A stretch of 63,222 nucleotides of DNA, counting the filler. It is 12 parts of 12 records of this genome, joined end to end, with 100 filler letters (N's around TTAATTAATTAA, not from the genome) between each part and the next. Parts side by side here need not be neighbours in the genome. Positions count along the whole stretch, not along the records: positions 21,852 to 25,037 come from SRR7504441_2969; positions 25,138 to 31,603 come from SRR7504441_2971; positions 31,704 to 36,247 come from SRR7504441_2974; 9 more parts are not named here. The stretch is one strand, 5' to 3'. Position 1 is the first letter of the stretch; each line of letters opens with the position of its first letter. Made by a program: the position numbers and the translations under genes. This document shows positions 22,531-34,800 of this stretch, piece after piece. Under the pieces are notes generated by a model, which was not told where the DNA came from, did no database searches, and worked only from the letters and a program-made list of their open reading frames with translations.

Positions 22531-24042
22531 TCAGCTAGTATAGAACATCAGCATAGCTAGAATCCCAGTGAAACCAAACATCACCACACAGAGTGCTCTG
22601 TCTACTGCAGTCGCCCGCTTGGACCTTCGAGGCCGAATCTGCACCATCGGGCTCTTTGTCCTGGGTGCCTTGACCTTCACTCTTCCAGCTTGGGCCACAA
22701 CCATCTCGTGCGACACACTAGCCACACTGCCGCGACTCTGCAAGGCTTCACTGTTTTCTCTGGCAGCCTTCCTCGATTTGACAGTAGGCAGCTTCCTTGT
22801 CGCACTACTTTCACGTGCAGGTGCTCGCGTGAGCTCTGGCTTCCTTCGACTCTGCTGCTGCTCCATCTGGTCAAGCGCTATCCGCATGGGCAGCGGGTTG
22901 TCGTAAGTTCCAGCCACGTCCAGATCTTCATCGGAACTCAGGCTGCGTCGGTGCTCGCGAAGAGATTCACGCCCACTGTTAGCGGTAGGCTTAGCCTGCC
23001 GCTTCTTGGCAGGTACGATGTTTGCAGTAGGCTTTGGTTGTTTGGTGATGGACGCTGGTGCTGGTGCCTTCCTCGGCTTCTGCACGGGGATCTCTTTTAC
23101 GCTGAGTGGACAGCTGGCGCTGTGCTGTATCCAATCTGCTCCCCGGCACGCTGCACAACCTGGCGTCTTAGTGATCCGAGGCGCAACTGGAGAGCTGCTC
23201 GTTTCAGCAGGGCGGTGCTCCAAAGCCTCAAACTTCACTGTCGATTGTGTCAGCTGGGCACACGCCTGCTCAAGCTTCGCCGCCAGGCAGCTCTGCTGCT
23301 CGAGCACGCGGTCTAGTTTGTCCGCCACCGCTCCGTCCCTCCGGGTCGCCATCGATTCCACTCGATTCAAGTCGTCGCACAGGGCCTGCTCGCTTGCAGT
23401 CTGCATCGCCAGCGCCGGACTGTGGCGCGGCAGGGGCCATCTGGGCTCGGGCCAGCCTGGGAACCCCCACGGCGCCCAGCACTGGGGCGGCCACGGCCAT
23501 GTCGGTGGCTCCATGCTCGGGTAGCCGGGCCGCCGAGACTTGTACTCGTTGCATTCTGCCTGGGGTGCCGGCTCACAAGCCGCTGCCTGGGGCGGGTAGG
23601 CCGTCGGCTGGGGCTCTGGCTCGGGTTGTGGGGCGGGTTTGGCGTCGATGGCCTCCCTCAGCATCGCCTTGAGCTCACTCAGCTCGGCTCTCTCGGGCGC
23701 GGGCTCGGGCGACACTGCGGCCGTCGACTGCTGGCTGGCCGGCGGGTTGGTGGGCCGCGGCTTGGCGACCACAGCCGGCGTGTTCTGGTTGACCTCACCG
23801 AGCGCCGGCCGAGGCAGACTGGCGGCGGTCGGCGGGCTGGCCGGCCCGGAGATGGCCAGCGGGGAGAGGAAGGGGAGCGCGTGCGGCTTGGTGGGGGTGG
23901 CCTGGGGCCGGTTCTCGATCACGGCCAAGTCGGACTTGATCGAGGCCATCATCCGCTCCAGATCGCCCCCGGCCTTGACCGTGGCCGCCTGGGCCTCCTT
24001 GAGGTACGCGAAGAAGTCGTCGCCCAAGATGTTCTCGTCCAT
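22531..24042 (-). CDS. Pro-rich/coiled-coil tail-anchored protein
   Basis: Likely start MDENILGDD (24042); short coiled coil; CAAC..H..C knuckle; C-terminal TM ALCVVMFGFTGILAMLMFY. Confidence 0.7.
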   Translation of the reverse strand: MDENILGDDFFAYLKEAQAATVKAGGDLERMMASIKSDLAVIENRPQATPTKPHALPFLSPLAISGPASPPTAASLPRPALGEVNQNTPAVVAKPRPTNPPASQQSTAAVSPEPAPERAELSELKAMLREAIDAKPAPQPEPEPQPTAYPPQAAACEPAPQAECNEYKSRRPGYPSMEPPTWPWPPQCWAPWGFPGWPEPRWPLPRHSPALAMQTASEQALCDDLNRVESMATRRDGAVADKLDRVLEQQSCLAAKLEQACAQLTQSTVKFEALEHRPAETSSSPVAPRITKTPGCAACRGADWIQHSASCPLSVKEIPVQKPRKAPAPASITKQPKPTANIVPAKKRQAKPTANSGRESLREHRRSLSSDEDLDVAGTYDNPLPMRIALDQMEQQQSRRKPELTRAPARESSATRKLPTVKSRKAARENSEALQSRGSVASVSHEMVVAQAGRVKVKAPRTKSPMVQIRPRRSKRATAVDRALCVVMFGFTGILAMLMFYTS

Positions 24043-24147
24043 TTCGCCGCACCGAGTTTGCTCACTTTGCTGATTGAATTCGTATCGGATTCTGACGGTT
24101 GACCGATCGCGAGGCTCGAATAAGAAAGGGAGCCCCGGCAGCACACG

Positions 24148-25037
24148 ATGCAGGCGGCAAGCGAGCAGGCCCTGTCTGCCGGGCAGCAGCTGGAGCGGCA
24201 GGAACTGGAGGCCGCGACAGTGTCGGTGGAGGGTCTCTCCCCGGAGCTCGTCGGGCAGCTCAGGTTGCGGCTGGGCGGGCCATCCGGCGGCGCCAAGACG
24301 AGCCCCGCGGGGCACCCGGCCGCCAACTTCATCTTCCCGAGCAAGCAGCGCGCCCCCGCCGATCAAGCGTCACCAACCGGCCGCCCCCGCCGCCGCGCCG
24401 GCCGCAGCGCTGGCCCGCCGCAGCACGGGATCGTCCTGCCGCAGGCGCCCCGGCTGCCGGGCTGGCCGCCAGCCCCGGGCAGATGCGGGCGGTGATGGAC
24501 CACCTCGGGCAGCACCGGAACAGCTGGCGGCCCGAGATCTCTCGGTTCGCCCGGCCCCAATCGGCCAAGCCCCGGCCCCGCTCTGCAAAGCCCCGCGCAA
24601 GCAAGCCAGCTGCCCCGCGCCGCCCGAGCAGCGCTTGCTGTGCTGGGCCGGGAGTGGACGAAGAAATCGAGCGGCTGAGCAGCATGATCGTGGCCATGGG
24701 CGGGCAGCACCACAAGCTGGCAAGGCCGGTGCCTCGCCCTCGAGCATCCTCCGGGCTGTGCAGGCCGCCCTCCCGGTCGCGTGCCCAGCAGCAGTCCGAG
24801 CGGTCCGGCCACTGGTCGGCGGGGCGAGCAGCCAGGGCAGGCTGCAACACCGGAGTCTGCTCGGGCGGGGGGTGGCGGCTGTGCTGGGGGGTGGCGGCAG
24901 ACGGTGCGCCTTGCTCCTGCCGGCTGCCCGATCCACAGTGCAGGCCCCACATGCAGTCTCTGCGTGCTCAAGGAGCTAGGGATGGACGGCGGAGAGAGCA
25001 TCACGCGTGACCAACTTATGATGCGTATCTTCGAGAG
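24148..25037 (+). CDS. Hypothetical protein, multi-exon, 3' truncated
   Basis: MQAASEQ.. start divergent from the 24042 gene; GC-rich intron-like segments; exon structure uncertain. Confidence 0.5.
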
Positions 25038-25137
25038 NNNNNNNNNNNNNNNNNNNNNNNNNNNNNNNNNNNNNNNNNNNNTTAATTAATTAANNNNNNN
25101 NNNNNNNNNNNNNNNNNNNNNNNNNNNNNNNNNNNNN

Positions 25138-26237
25138 TTCCTCTCCCACCCTCCCATCCCGAGGAGGTGTGCCGGTGTTGCGACTGGGTGTTGAGTAACA
25201 AAGAGAAGCGGGCGCACTGGAGGCATGCAGTTGAACCGAGGGCATGGAGGCAAGGGGTTAACGATCCCTGGCTCTTCAGGTATAGGCACCCACTCCTGAA
25301 GGAGTTGCGTGCCCCTTCGGAAAACCCCGGGTCCATGAAGAATGCCGGCAACTACAGCCGTCTTGAGTCTGGCACCCTTCTCCGCAGAGCGGGCCTGATG
25401 GAAGTTGGCACGACTGTGAACTTCGTCGACGTAGATGGCGACGACATCGAATTTAGGCTTCAAGACCGGGCGATCCATACCATCGTCGCCGGGAAGGCAG
25501 AGTGGGAGGTGAGCACGATGTACTGGGACGCGTGCACTGGCAGACTTGAAGATATAGCTGGGACGAGCGTTGTCTCAGAAGAAGAACGGGAGGGGGTCAC
25601 GGAGCAGCTGATGGCGCTGTTTGCAAAGGCGGAGCGGTCACAGCTCGTTCTGGGTACATGGCCAGGTGCAAAAGATAGCGCCACTGTCGCAGCAGGTCTA
25701 CCAGTGGCCAAACCGACGTCGTGCTCACTTGGGAGGTACGAACCGGATCCAGATGATGACACGTGCCTCCGAGATGCCTACGCCGCAACTGGATGTTTCA
25801 ACTGGTGCGACATCACGAGGTGCGAACACTGCAAGCTGTTTAAGCAAGATCACCCATCCAGCGCTCGCTGCAAGCACTGCGGCAAGGTCGCCGAGCAGCA
25901 CGAGTTGCTCCGTTTCCGCGTTGACCCTCCTTGTGGCGTAAAGGCCTTTGTGGGCGAGTGGTTCAAGTTGGAAGAACAGGGGTACGACGGTTCGCCCCAA
26001 TACAGGAGGGTAGGCGACGGAGCGGGGCAAACACTGATTTGGTTTTGGGTCGGCAGCCCTGGGTCTGGCAGGTGGTATATGTCGTTCGGCGTGGTGCCAG
26101 GCTGTTCTTCGGTCCCTTTAAACAAGTACCTCGCGAGGGGCAGCATGCGCGCGCCGCCCACAACTGGGTGGACGTTGTGCGACCAAGAGCCTGAGGATGG
26201 TGGTACACTGCCCGTCCCGGCGCTGACACATCTATGA
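25138..26237 (+). CDS. Hypothetical Cys/His-rich protein, intronless over this span, 5' truncated
   Basis: Over 350-aa open frame; CEHC..H..CKHC..H; Trp-rich C-terminal domain ending PPTTGW. Confidence 0.65.
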
Positions 26238-26816
26238 TGCATGCAAGCATCACGTAAGGCGAGAACCCAATGTCTGCTGGACAACCCGTGCGACTGCGCG
26301 AAACTTCCGGTGGGCCAAGCTCAAGGTGCCTAACGCTGACTGGGCGCGCCCTGAGCTGGCCATACACGGGCACGGTGAAAGCACTAGCACCAAGGGCACT
26401 GCATGAGGTGAGGGCCCTGCGTAAGGCGCATTTTCATGCAGGTGCACGTACATGGCGCTGGCATGCGCATATCCGCAGCTGCCCATGGCACATGCATATA
26501 TATGCGACGCGCGCAACGCGCATGCGCATGCACGTACCCGCACGCACATGCCATAACGTACATGCGCGGGGCGTTCAAATGGCCCGGCAGGCCACACAGC
26601 GCCAGGCCTGGCTACTCTATGAACATTATTGAGTTCCACTAATTACAAGTTTGAATTATGAAAATATAATTGCGGAAGTACTTTGCTAGCTAGTTTGGTT
26701 CCAACTCCGTGGCGTGTCTAAGCAAAAAGCACAATCAAAATCAGCAGAAAGTCAGACCAGTGAGAGTAGCAGCCAGCTCGGTCATCGAGAGCTCGTATTT
26801 CACTGGTTACATGTAT

Positions 26817-28131
26817 TCACTGGCGCTCGCGGTGGGGTGGCAACGGTTTTTGGGAGACTCGTTGGTTCCAGTTGAGTTGAGCTACGATGCTGTCGAGCCA
26901 CTCCTCCTGGTTTGGCTTCATGCTGATCGTGGGGATGCTTGATGCTGAGGCGCACACTTGGACCGAGTCGCCCCGGTGCAGCGTGCTCGGGTGTCGCCCA
27001 TCGAACTTGACTCGGGCCTCGGTCCGGGCTCCGGCCGGCACCACCACCTTGATCACAGTCGTGTCTGGCAGCACCAGCGGCCGGAATGAGAGCGTGTGCG
27101 GGCAGATCGGGGTGATCACGAAGGCCCGTGTCATCGGGGACATCATCGGGCCGCCGGCGCTCATCGAGTATGCTGTGCTGCCTGTCGGGGTCGAGATGAT
27201 CAATCCGTCCGCCTGCACGATGGTGACCAGCTCGCCCTCCACGTGCAGCTCGAGCGCGGACAGCCCGAACTCGGGCCCCCGCTCTATGATCATCTCGTTC
27301 AGCGCTAAAAAGCTCCGGGGCTCCGGCTGGCTCTGGCCTGCCCTCCAGATCTGGCCCTCCAGCCGCATCCTGGGCGTGACCAGCAGCGGCGAGGCGTGCC
27401 CAGCCGTGAGTTTTGAGAGCACCGCCTCCCGGTCCTCCCAGAGCACCGGAGTCAGGAAGCCCAGCGAGCCCTCCGCGAAGCAGATCACTGGGGGTACCGA
27501 CCCGCTGCCGTCAAACATGTGCGCAAAGTGGAGCAGCGTGCCGTCGCCCCCGAGCACCACCGCAAAGTCTATCACCGCGCCCGGGTCCTCGGTGCAGCAC
27601 GGGAGCATCCCCGGGAGCTCATCCAGGGCCGACGGCTCGCAGAACACTTTGATCCCGCGCTCGGCCAGCCAACGGCCGACCATAGCGGCGTGCTCGGTCA
27701 CCAGAGGGTCCTGCCACTTCTTGACCACCAGGCAGGTCTGCGGCGGCCGGCTGAACTTAATCTGCTTCTGCGGCCGCGCCTGCCCGAGGTCCGGCCCCGC
27801 CCGACCAGCCGGCACCTTCATATCCTTGCGGATCCCCAGGGGCCCTAGCGGGGTCGGGGCGCTGCAGTTGTCCGCGTTGCACTCGATCAGCAGCAGCTGC
27901 CCGGCGCTCAGCCCCGCCCGGCGGCGCCCGCACCTCGGCCCGCTGCAGGTCGAGCGGTGGGCAGCCGTTCCGCGGCCGCTTGCGCGGGATATCCACCTCT
28001 CGCGGGGATCGGACCACTGATGGATCCAGCCGAGCGCCGGGCGAGCCGGGGAGCGCATCCAGCCGAGGGGAGGGGATGTCGATGTCCCGGCAGCCGGCCG
28101 AGCGGGGCGAGCTCATCAGCTCGTCCAGCAT
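26817..28131 (-). CDS. NADK: NAD kinase
   Basis: VLGGDGTLL, GSLGFL, ALNE, ADGLIISTPTGSTAYSMSAGGP, TPICPHTLSFRP; two short 5' introns; start MLDELMSS. Confidence 0.95.
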
Positions 28132-28372
28132 CGAGTTAAAGGCCACGGCAGCAAGAGTTAAGGCACCCGCATTCCAAACTGCACCGTCCGCATCTACAGC
28201 GACCTTTGTTGGTTGCCAAAATGCCAAACCTGAACAATGCACAACCTGAAAGATCCATAGAAAGATCAGGAGCTCGTGCTCCAGCGTAATAGATGTACTC
28301 GTATACGTACCAATAGTAAAGTTCTAGGTTGTAAATGTACAATCCCAATATAGATAGGTTAGAAAATACATC

Positions 28373-29735
28373 TCAGCCACAATCTGGGAGCTTCATGAGA
28401 TCTAGAAAAGCCTTCCGCTTGCTGTCGCTCTTGATGGTGAAGACAGCCCCGAAGCCCTCTACAACAACGGCAGGTCAGGCGGGGCGGGCCAACGGGGCAC
28501 CGTCGCAACTCGGGTAGTTGCGGGCGAGCGCCTGGTGCCAGCTTGTGACCACCTTCAGGTTCTTCTCCGAGATAAAGTGGTCCTCGCGTTGCTTGACGCT
28601 GCACCAGCTCACAAGCCAGCCGGCTGGGCCCACACCGCTCTATGCACACATCCAGCGGGGTGTTGAGCACCGCCACTGCCCACCCCGTCAGTCGGCCGGG
28701 CCGCTCGGCACCGGCCACAGCCGAGTCATCCACTCCCTCCGGCCGGCACACCCTCTTGAGCCAATTCAGCCGCTGGAACGGCTCGCAGTTGGCCCTGTCC
28801 ACCACCACGTGCCGGCCCTGCTGGATCCCGTCCCGGAGCCGCTCCTCGAACAGCTGCAGGATCGGCATCCCCAGCCGCTCCCTGTTCCCCTTGGCCGCGG
28901 CCTTTGCCGTCTCGTCATTCACATTCAGCCAGCCGTTGGCCTCTAGTTCGTCAGAGAAGTGGCTCTTGCCCGAGCCTTGCACCCCGGCCAGCAAAATCAC
29001 CCGCGGCCGGCCCAGCCCAGCCCAGCTCGGATCGGCCACCTGGTCGCTCTTGAACACGTCGGGCAGCACGACAGGGGCCTGCCCGCTGGCCGCCTGCCGC
29101 ATCTGCCGCTCTCTGGCCTGTCCCCGCTCTATCCGGGCCTGCTCCTCGGCCTTCTGCTGCTCGATCTTCCGCCGGGCAGCCTGGTCGGCCAGTTGGTACG
29201 CGGCCTCCTCCGCCTCGGTCCGGGCACGGTGCTCCGGGTTGCCCGCGTTGGCCGGGTGGGCCAGATGGGCCGTCAGCTTGGCCAGATCCCGGAACGGCAG
29301 CCCACAGATGCAGCTCCAGCTGCTCCGCGCCACAGCTTCCCCAGCGGCAGGCTCGTGCACCGCCGCAGCCGCCTCGGGCTCGGATGCCGCCGCCTCGTGC
29401 GCCTCCCCAGCCGGCTCGGGCTCGGATGCAGCCGGCTCGGGCTCGGATGCAGCTGGCTCGGGGTCGGCTGGGGTGGGCTCAGGCTGGAAGAGCGGGAATT
29501 GATCGGCCTGGGCGGCTGGGTGCACACGGAGCCGGTTGCCGTGCCTGCCCAGCCCGGCGGCCCGCAGCGTGCAGTCATCGGGGAGTCGCCGGCCGCCCAG
29601 CGTGAAGAACTGGCCGGGCCCGAGCCCCAGCCGGACGGCAAGCTTGCCCGCCCGCGAGTCCGGCTCCACAGAACCTTTCTTGGTGCTCCCATCGGGCAGC
29701 TCCACCAGCACCCTCACTGGAACTGGCAGCGACAT
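28373..29735 (-). CDS. Ubiquitin-like + C2H2 zinc finger + AAA_33-type P-loop kinase
   Basis: Ubl-like VRVLVELPDG..LPDDCTLRAAGL; CICGLPF..LTAH; GVQGSGKS Walker A; VVVDRAN; after splicing CIERVKQREDH and PSCDEGF. Confidence 0.75.
29366..29470. repeat. Coding 21-bp repeat (PEPAASE), about 4 copies
   Basis: cagccggctcgggctcggatg-like units at 29366, 29408, 29429 and 29450. Confidence 0.85.
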
Positions 29736-29778
29736 CGATTCCGTTACTCTGGAGCAGGTGCTTGCGCTCGAGCACACG

Positions 29779-31532
29779 ATGAGCTCAGCAGACCTGGAGG
29801 CGGACGAGGGTATAGTCGATCACGCCCGGGCCCACCTGCTGCCGGAGCCCCAACCGGGCCAGTGGGGCTGGCTGGTGGGTCTGGCCCGCACCCGCGACTC
29901 GGACGGCTGCAAGCTGGTCTCTGCAATCCGGGCAGTCCCGCACCCAGCCGGCACCGGCCCGGGCCCGGCGCTCCGGCAGCTGCTACCTTGCGGGCTGGTG
30001 CTCTGCGGCGTCTACGCCGGGCAGGACGAGCCGGTCGATTGGCCCTCCGCTGAGCTGGCCGCTGAGCAGGCCGCCGGCATCGGGTGCGTGCGCTGCCACC
30101 CGGGGACTGAGCCGCGGGCAGCTGGCCAGTGGGGCTGCTGCTTCGGATCGGGCCGGACGGGGCCGCCAGCTGGAAATCGGGCCCAATCGACCGTATGCCC
30201 ACCGCACCGGTCGAGCCCGGCCAGCTGTCCGATTGGGTTGGGCGGTTGGGCTTGCTGAGCGTTGAGTTCGGTGTGGGTCCTGGGGCCGAGGAGCCGGAGC
30301 TGGCTGACAGCCTGGTCTACTGCCCGGAGCAGCGGCTGGTGCTGGCCGAGGGCACTCTGGCGCAGCTGCCCCGAGGCCTGGTCAGTTGCCAGCTGTGCGC
30401 CGACATGAGTGCTCACCAGCCGGCTGCGGCCCCGGCCGTCCGTGTGAGCCTCGAAAGCCCAGCCGGGCCGGCCGGCAACTTCGGCGTGCTCTGCCTGCTC
30501 CCTCCGGAGACCAGTGTGAGCGCGCTGCGCAGCGCGGTGCTGCACGCCGGCCGGGCGCAGATGTGCTCGGCTGGAGAGAACACGTGAGCGGCTGGCCGGC
30601 GGTTGGCTCAGGATGGGCAGGCTGCACTTTGCGCCGGCACAGCTGCCGCACCCGGTGTCTCTCCGGCCGGCCGCCGATCCCGAGCTGGCCAAGGAGGAGC
30701 GGCTGTGGGTGCACCGGCTGTTTGGTTTGCCCACCGACCGTGAGTGCCGCCTAAGCCAGCAGCTCACAGAGCGCAGGCCCACTCTTCCGCCCCGGATTCG
30801 CGCTGTCGGCCGATGCGCCCGAGCTGGCCGACCAGGGCCGCGGGGGCGTGGGCGGGCCGAGGCTGCGCAACACGCACCTGGGGCTGGCGAGCCCTGGGGT
30901 GGCGGACGGAGTGCAGTGCCTGGTGGACGGTGCGGGCTGGTCGGGCCGGCCGAGTGAGTGCAGGCGAGTACGACTACTACCACTACATGCAGGACGGGTT
31001 TGACGACAACGGCTGGGGATGCGCCTACCGGTCGCTCCAGACCATATGGTCCTGGTACCTGCGGCAGGGGTATGTCCAGAGGCCAGTGCCCTCCCATCGC
31101 GAAATCCAGCAAGCGCTAGTCACGGCCGAGGAGAAGCCGCCAAAGTTCGTTGGGAGCCGCGAGTGGATCGGGGCGATAGAGGTGGCCCGGGTGCTCGAGG
31201 TGCTCTCGGAGGGCGAGATCGTGTGCAACATTGAGTTCCTGAACCAAGGCGCCGAGCTGGAGGACAAGGGCAACTTGCTGGCCAAACACTTCAACTCGGC
31301 CGGCACTCCAATCATGATGGGCGGCGGGGTGCTCGCCTTCACCATGATCGGGATCGAGTACAACCGGGAGCAGGGCCAGATCCGGTTCCTGATCCTGGAC
31401 CCGCACTACACCGGTAAGGACTCGATCAAGTCGATCCAGGGCCGCTGGTGCGGCTGGAAGGATATCGACTTCTTTGACAAGTTCGCCTTCTACAACCTAT
31501 GCTGCCCCCAGCGGATGGCCGGTCAGGTTTAG
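29779..31532 (+). CDS. UFSP2: UFM1-specific protease 2 (peptidase C78)
   Basis: [52 protein letters not shown]; spliced [12 protein letters not shown] and LRNTH; long N-terminal domain; 4 short introns. Confidence 0.93.
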
Positions 31533-31812
31533 CTCGGTTATATCTGGCTTATCAACAATCTCAGACCATTGTTCTTACTGTGTTTTTACTTCGCTCGAGC
31601 ACANNNNNNNNNNNNNNNNNNNNNNNNNNNNNNNNNNNNNNNNNNNNTTAATTAATTAANNNNNNNNNNNNNNNNNNNNNNNNNNNNNNNNNNNNNNNNN
31701 NNNGTAGCGCAAGCCGCGCAACGGATAACGGTCTTTTTTTAACGGACGAATTCACAAGCCAACACAATCCAAAGCCTCCACTCGTGGCGACGGGTCGAAC
31801 GGCCGCCGGGGC

Positions 31813-34800
31813 ATGGCTACGGAGGAGACCGCCGCGCTGCGCGAGCGGCTGGCTGGCCAGAAGCAGAGCACCCAGGCGCTCATGCAAAAGGCCCAGCTCA
31901 TGGTCGCCGCCTACCGCGCCGGCCAGCCGGAGCCGGCCAGCCTGCCGCTGTTCGAGGCGCTGGATACCAACAAGGACGGCGTGATCGACCGATCTGTGCG
32001 CCCCGGCGCCTGCCGGCCCCGAGCTGGCGCAGGAACTCGCGGCTGCCCTCCAGCCCCCGCCCTCCACCCAGCAGCTCACTAACGACCTGAGTGCGCAGAT
32101 GGCAGTGGCTGAGAAGGTCCGCCGGCCCGGACGCCCGGCCGGTGAGCGGGGCCGGGCAGGTCAAGGCGGACGCGGTCCGGATGCTCGCGGCCGCCCGGCA
32201 GATCGGTGCCCCGGCCTGCCCGGCCCAGCTGAGCTGTGCCAGCGCTGCCGGCAGCCGCAGAGCAGCTGAACACCGCCCGGATTCCGTCGACGCGGTCACC
32301 GTCGGAGCGGCAAGCCTCGCACAGCCGGGGGCGGGTGGCCAGCCCGGACTCATCCGAGTCCGTTGAAGTCGACGAGAATCTGCCGCCGGAGGTACGAGGC
32401 GTACATCAAGCCCGCGGTGAGCCCGTCTGCAGGTCGACTCTGCAGCAAACGGCCAGCTGCCAGAGCCGCAACCGGCCAAACCGAGCCACGCGCTGGCCAA
32501 GCGCCGGCGGAGCAAGCAGGCTGCCCCCAAGGCCGTGCCTCGCGCGCCCGCAAGCACGGTGGCTCCTGGTGGGGCCAAATACAGCGCGAGAGCGGCCGCA
32601 CGCGAGGCGGCCAAGCGATGGCGCGAGAGCGAGCAGAACGCTGTGGCGCTGCAGGAGTCGGCTCAGCACGAGAAGCAGAAAGCGGAGCACAGACAGGCTC
32701 TGGACAGGAAGCTCGGGCTGCTGTGCAGTATGGCCAAGCAGGCGGGTGAGTCGATGCGGGCCTCAGTCAAGCTGAGCAAGGTGATTCGAGTTAAGATCGA
32801 AAAGCACAGGGCCGCGGCGGCCGACCATCTGAGTCAGCTGCACCAGAGCACGGTCGGCCGGCTCAGCACTGGACGGCACGAGCTCAAATTAAACCTTCAG
32901 CGATTGACGGAGCTCCGAGCGTCTGAGCTGAGGCTCATGGCCGATCGGAAGCGGCTGTGCGACGAGTCGATGCCGGTGCTCCGGTCGCACGCGGAGCAGG
33001 TCGCTCTGCTCGACTTTCAGCTGCAAGAAGGCTCGTCGCACACGGCAGCAGCGCTCGCTGAGGCCACCTCAGCGCTGGAGGCTAGAGAACAAGAAGCCTC
33101 AGCGGTGCTCAAGGCCAAGCAAGACATGGAGGCGGCGCTGGCCGTGCCGATCTCGCCCATTCAGGACAAGCGGGCTGTCAGGCAGGAGCTTGAGCGAGTG
33201 TCGGGCTTGCTAGCTCAGAGCTCAGTCCCTGCTGGCTCGATGAACGCTGGGCAAGTTCACCAAGCCAAGGCAGCGGTGGCAGGCGCTGTGCAGACTACCG
33301 AGGGGCACTTGGCGCAGGCTGCGGGTGCGGCTAATGAGATACGTATAGCCAGAGGTCAGCTGCAGGCAGCTCAGCGCGACTGTCAGCAGGCTGGAGCTAT
33401 GCAGAAGGAACTCTGCGAGAAAGTGACAAGCATGACCGGCCAGCTGAAGCAGATCGAAGGTCGGCAGCTCTCCAGCCGGCAGATCGAGCTGTCGAGTAAG
33501 GAGCTGATGCTCAGACTTGATCAGGAGCGAAGCATGCTCAATCACGAGCTTGCCGCCCGCACGGAGGAGCATGCCGCAATGTGCCAAACGTTCGCTCAAG
33601 CAGTGGATGCGGAGAGCGCGCGGCAAGTCGAGGCGGACAAGCTGTCACAGAGCTTGCAGCAGCAGACGGCTGTCGCCACGGAGCAACTGGATAAGTTGCG
33701 CCAGTCGCATTTGCACTCGCGGCAGGCCAAGCTGGATTGTGCTGCGGAGATGCGAGTACACAAGCGAATGCTGGAGGTCCAATCTGAACTGATGCTCAAG
33801 GAACAGCAGGCGCTGGAGGCCGGGGGCAGGCGAGGCGAGGAGGCGGTGGCTAGAGTGGCAGCTGTGAGTGCATGGCTGGCCCAGACCGGTGAACAGATAT
33901 CCCAGCTTGAGATGTCATTTGTGGACAGCGAGCGGGCGCTGCAGGCGCAGATGCAGCACCATGCCTCGCTCGAGGCCGAATACGAGGCGATGGCGGTGCA
34001 AGCCTCCGCCAGGTACAACGGTCACAGCAGTGAAGCCGAGCTTGCCGCGTCCAAGTGGCGCGAAAAGGATCAAAGCGAGCGCAAGCGACGACTCGTCTTT
34101 GACCAGTACAAGGGAGCTATCCAGAGCAAGCTGGCTGCCAAGGACGCCGAAGCGGCCGCCATCGGCAGAGAGGGCGGGATGGCCGAGAGCGACAGCGAGG
34201 GAGCGCTGCGGCGGCAGGCCGACCAGCTGCGCCCAGCAATCGCTGAGGCGCAGGCAGAGGAGCGAGAGTGGCACAGGCGCGAGCTGGAGGCGCGCCAGCG
34301 GGAAGTGGAGCTGGCTCGGCTGATCGGGGCTCGGCAAGCTGAGGCGGACGGACATACAGGTGAGCTCGAGAAGGCGCTGGAGGCCGAGCACCGGCTGCGG
34401 ATGCACGCAGAAGAGCTGGAGTCTCGGGCTGCCAACGTTCAGTGGAAGGACGCGCTTCAGGCTGAGCAGCAGCTGCAGGAGCACAAGGTGCAGCTTGAGA
34501 AAGCGATCGAGCACATTGCGCTCAAAGAGCAGTTTGCGCAGGAGCGTGTGGCGGTGCAGGGCCAGCTGGAGCGGACCTTGGGCGAGATGCGTCAGCTGGA
34601 GCTTCAGTGCTCACAGCAGCAGCAGCTGGTAGCCCGACTGCAGGATCAAGCACGGTATGAGACTGAGCCAGTCGAGAAGCAGCTCAAGGCACATGTGAGT
34701 CAGCTGGACATGGCACAGAACGCGTTTGAAAGCAATAGAAGCCGGATAGATGGGATGGTCGAAGCGATGCACAAGGAGATGAATGCAGTCAACGAGCGCA

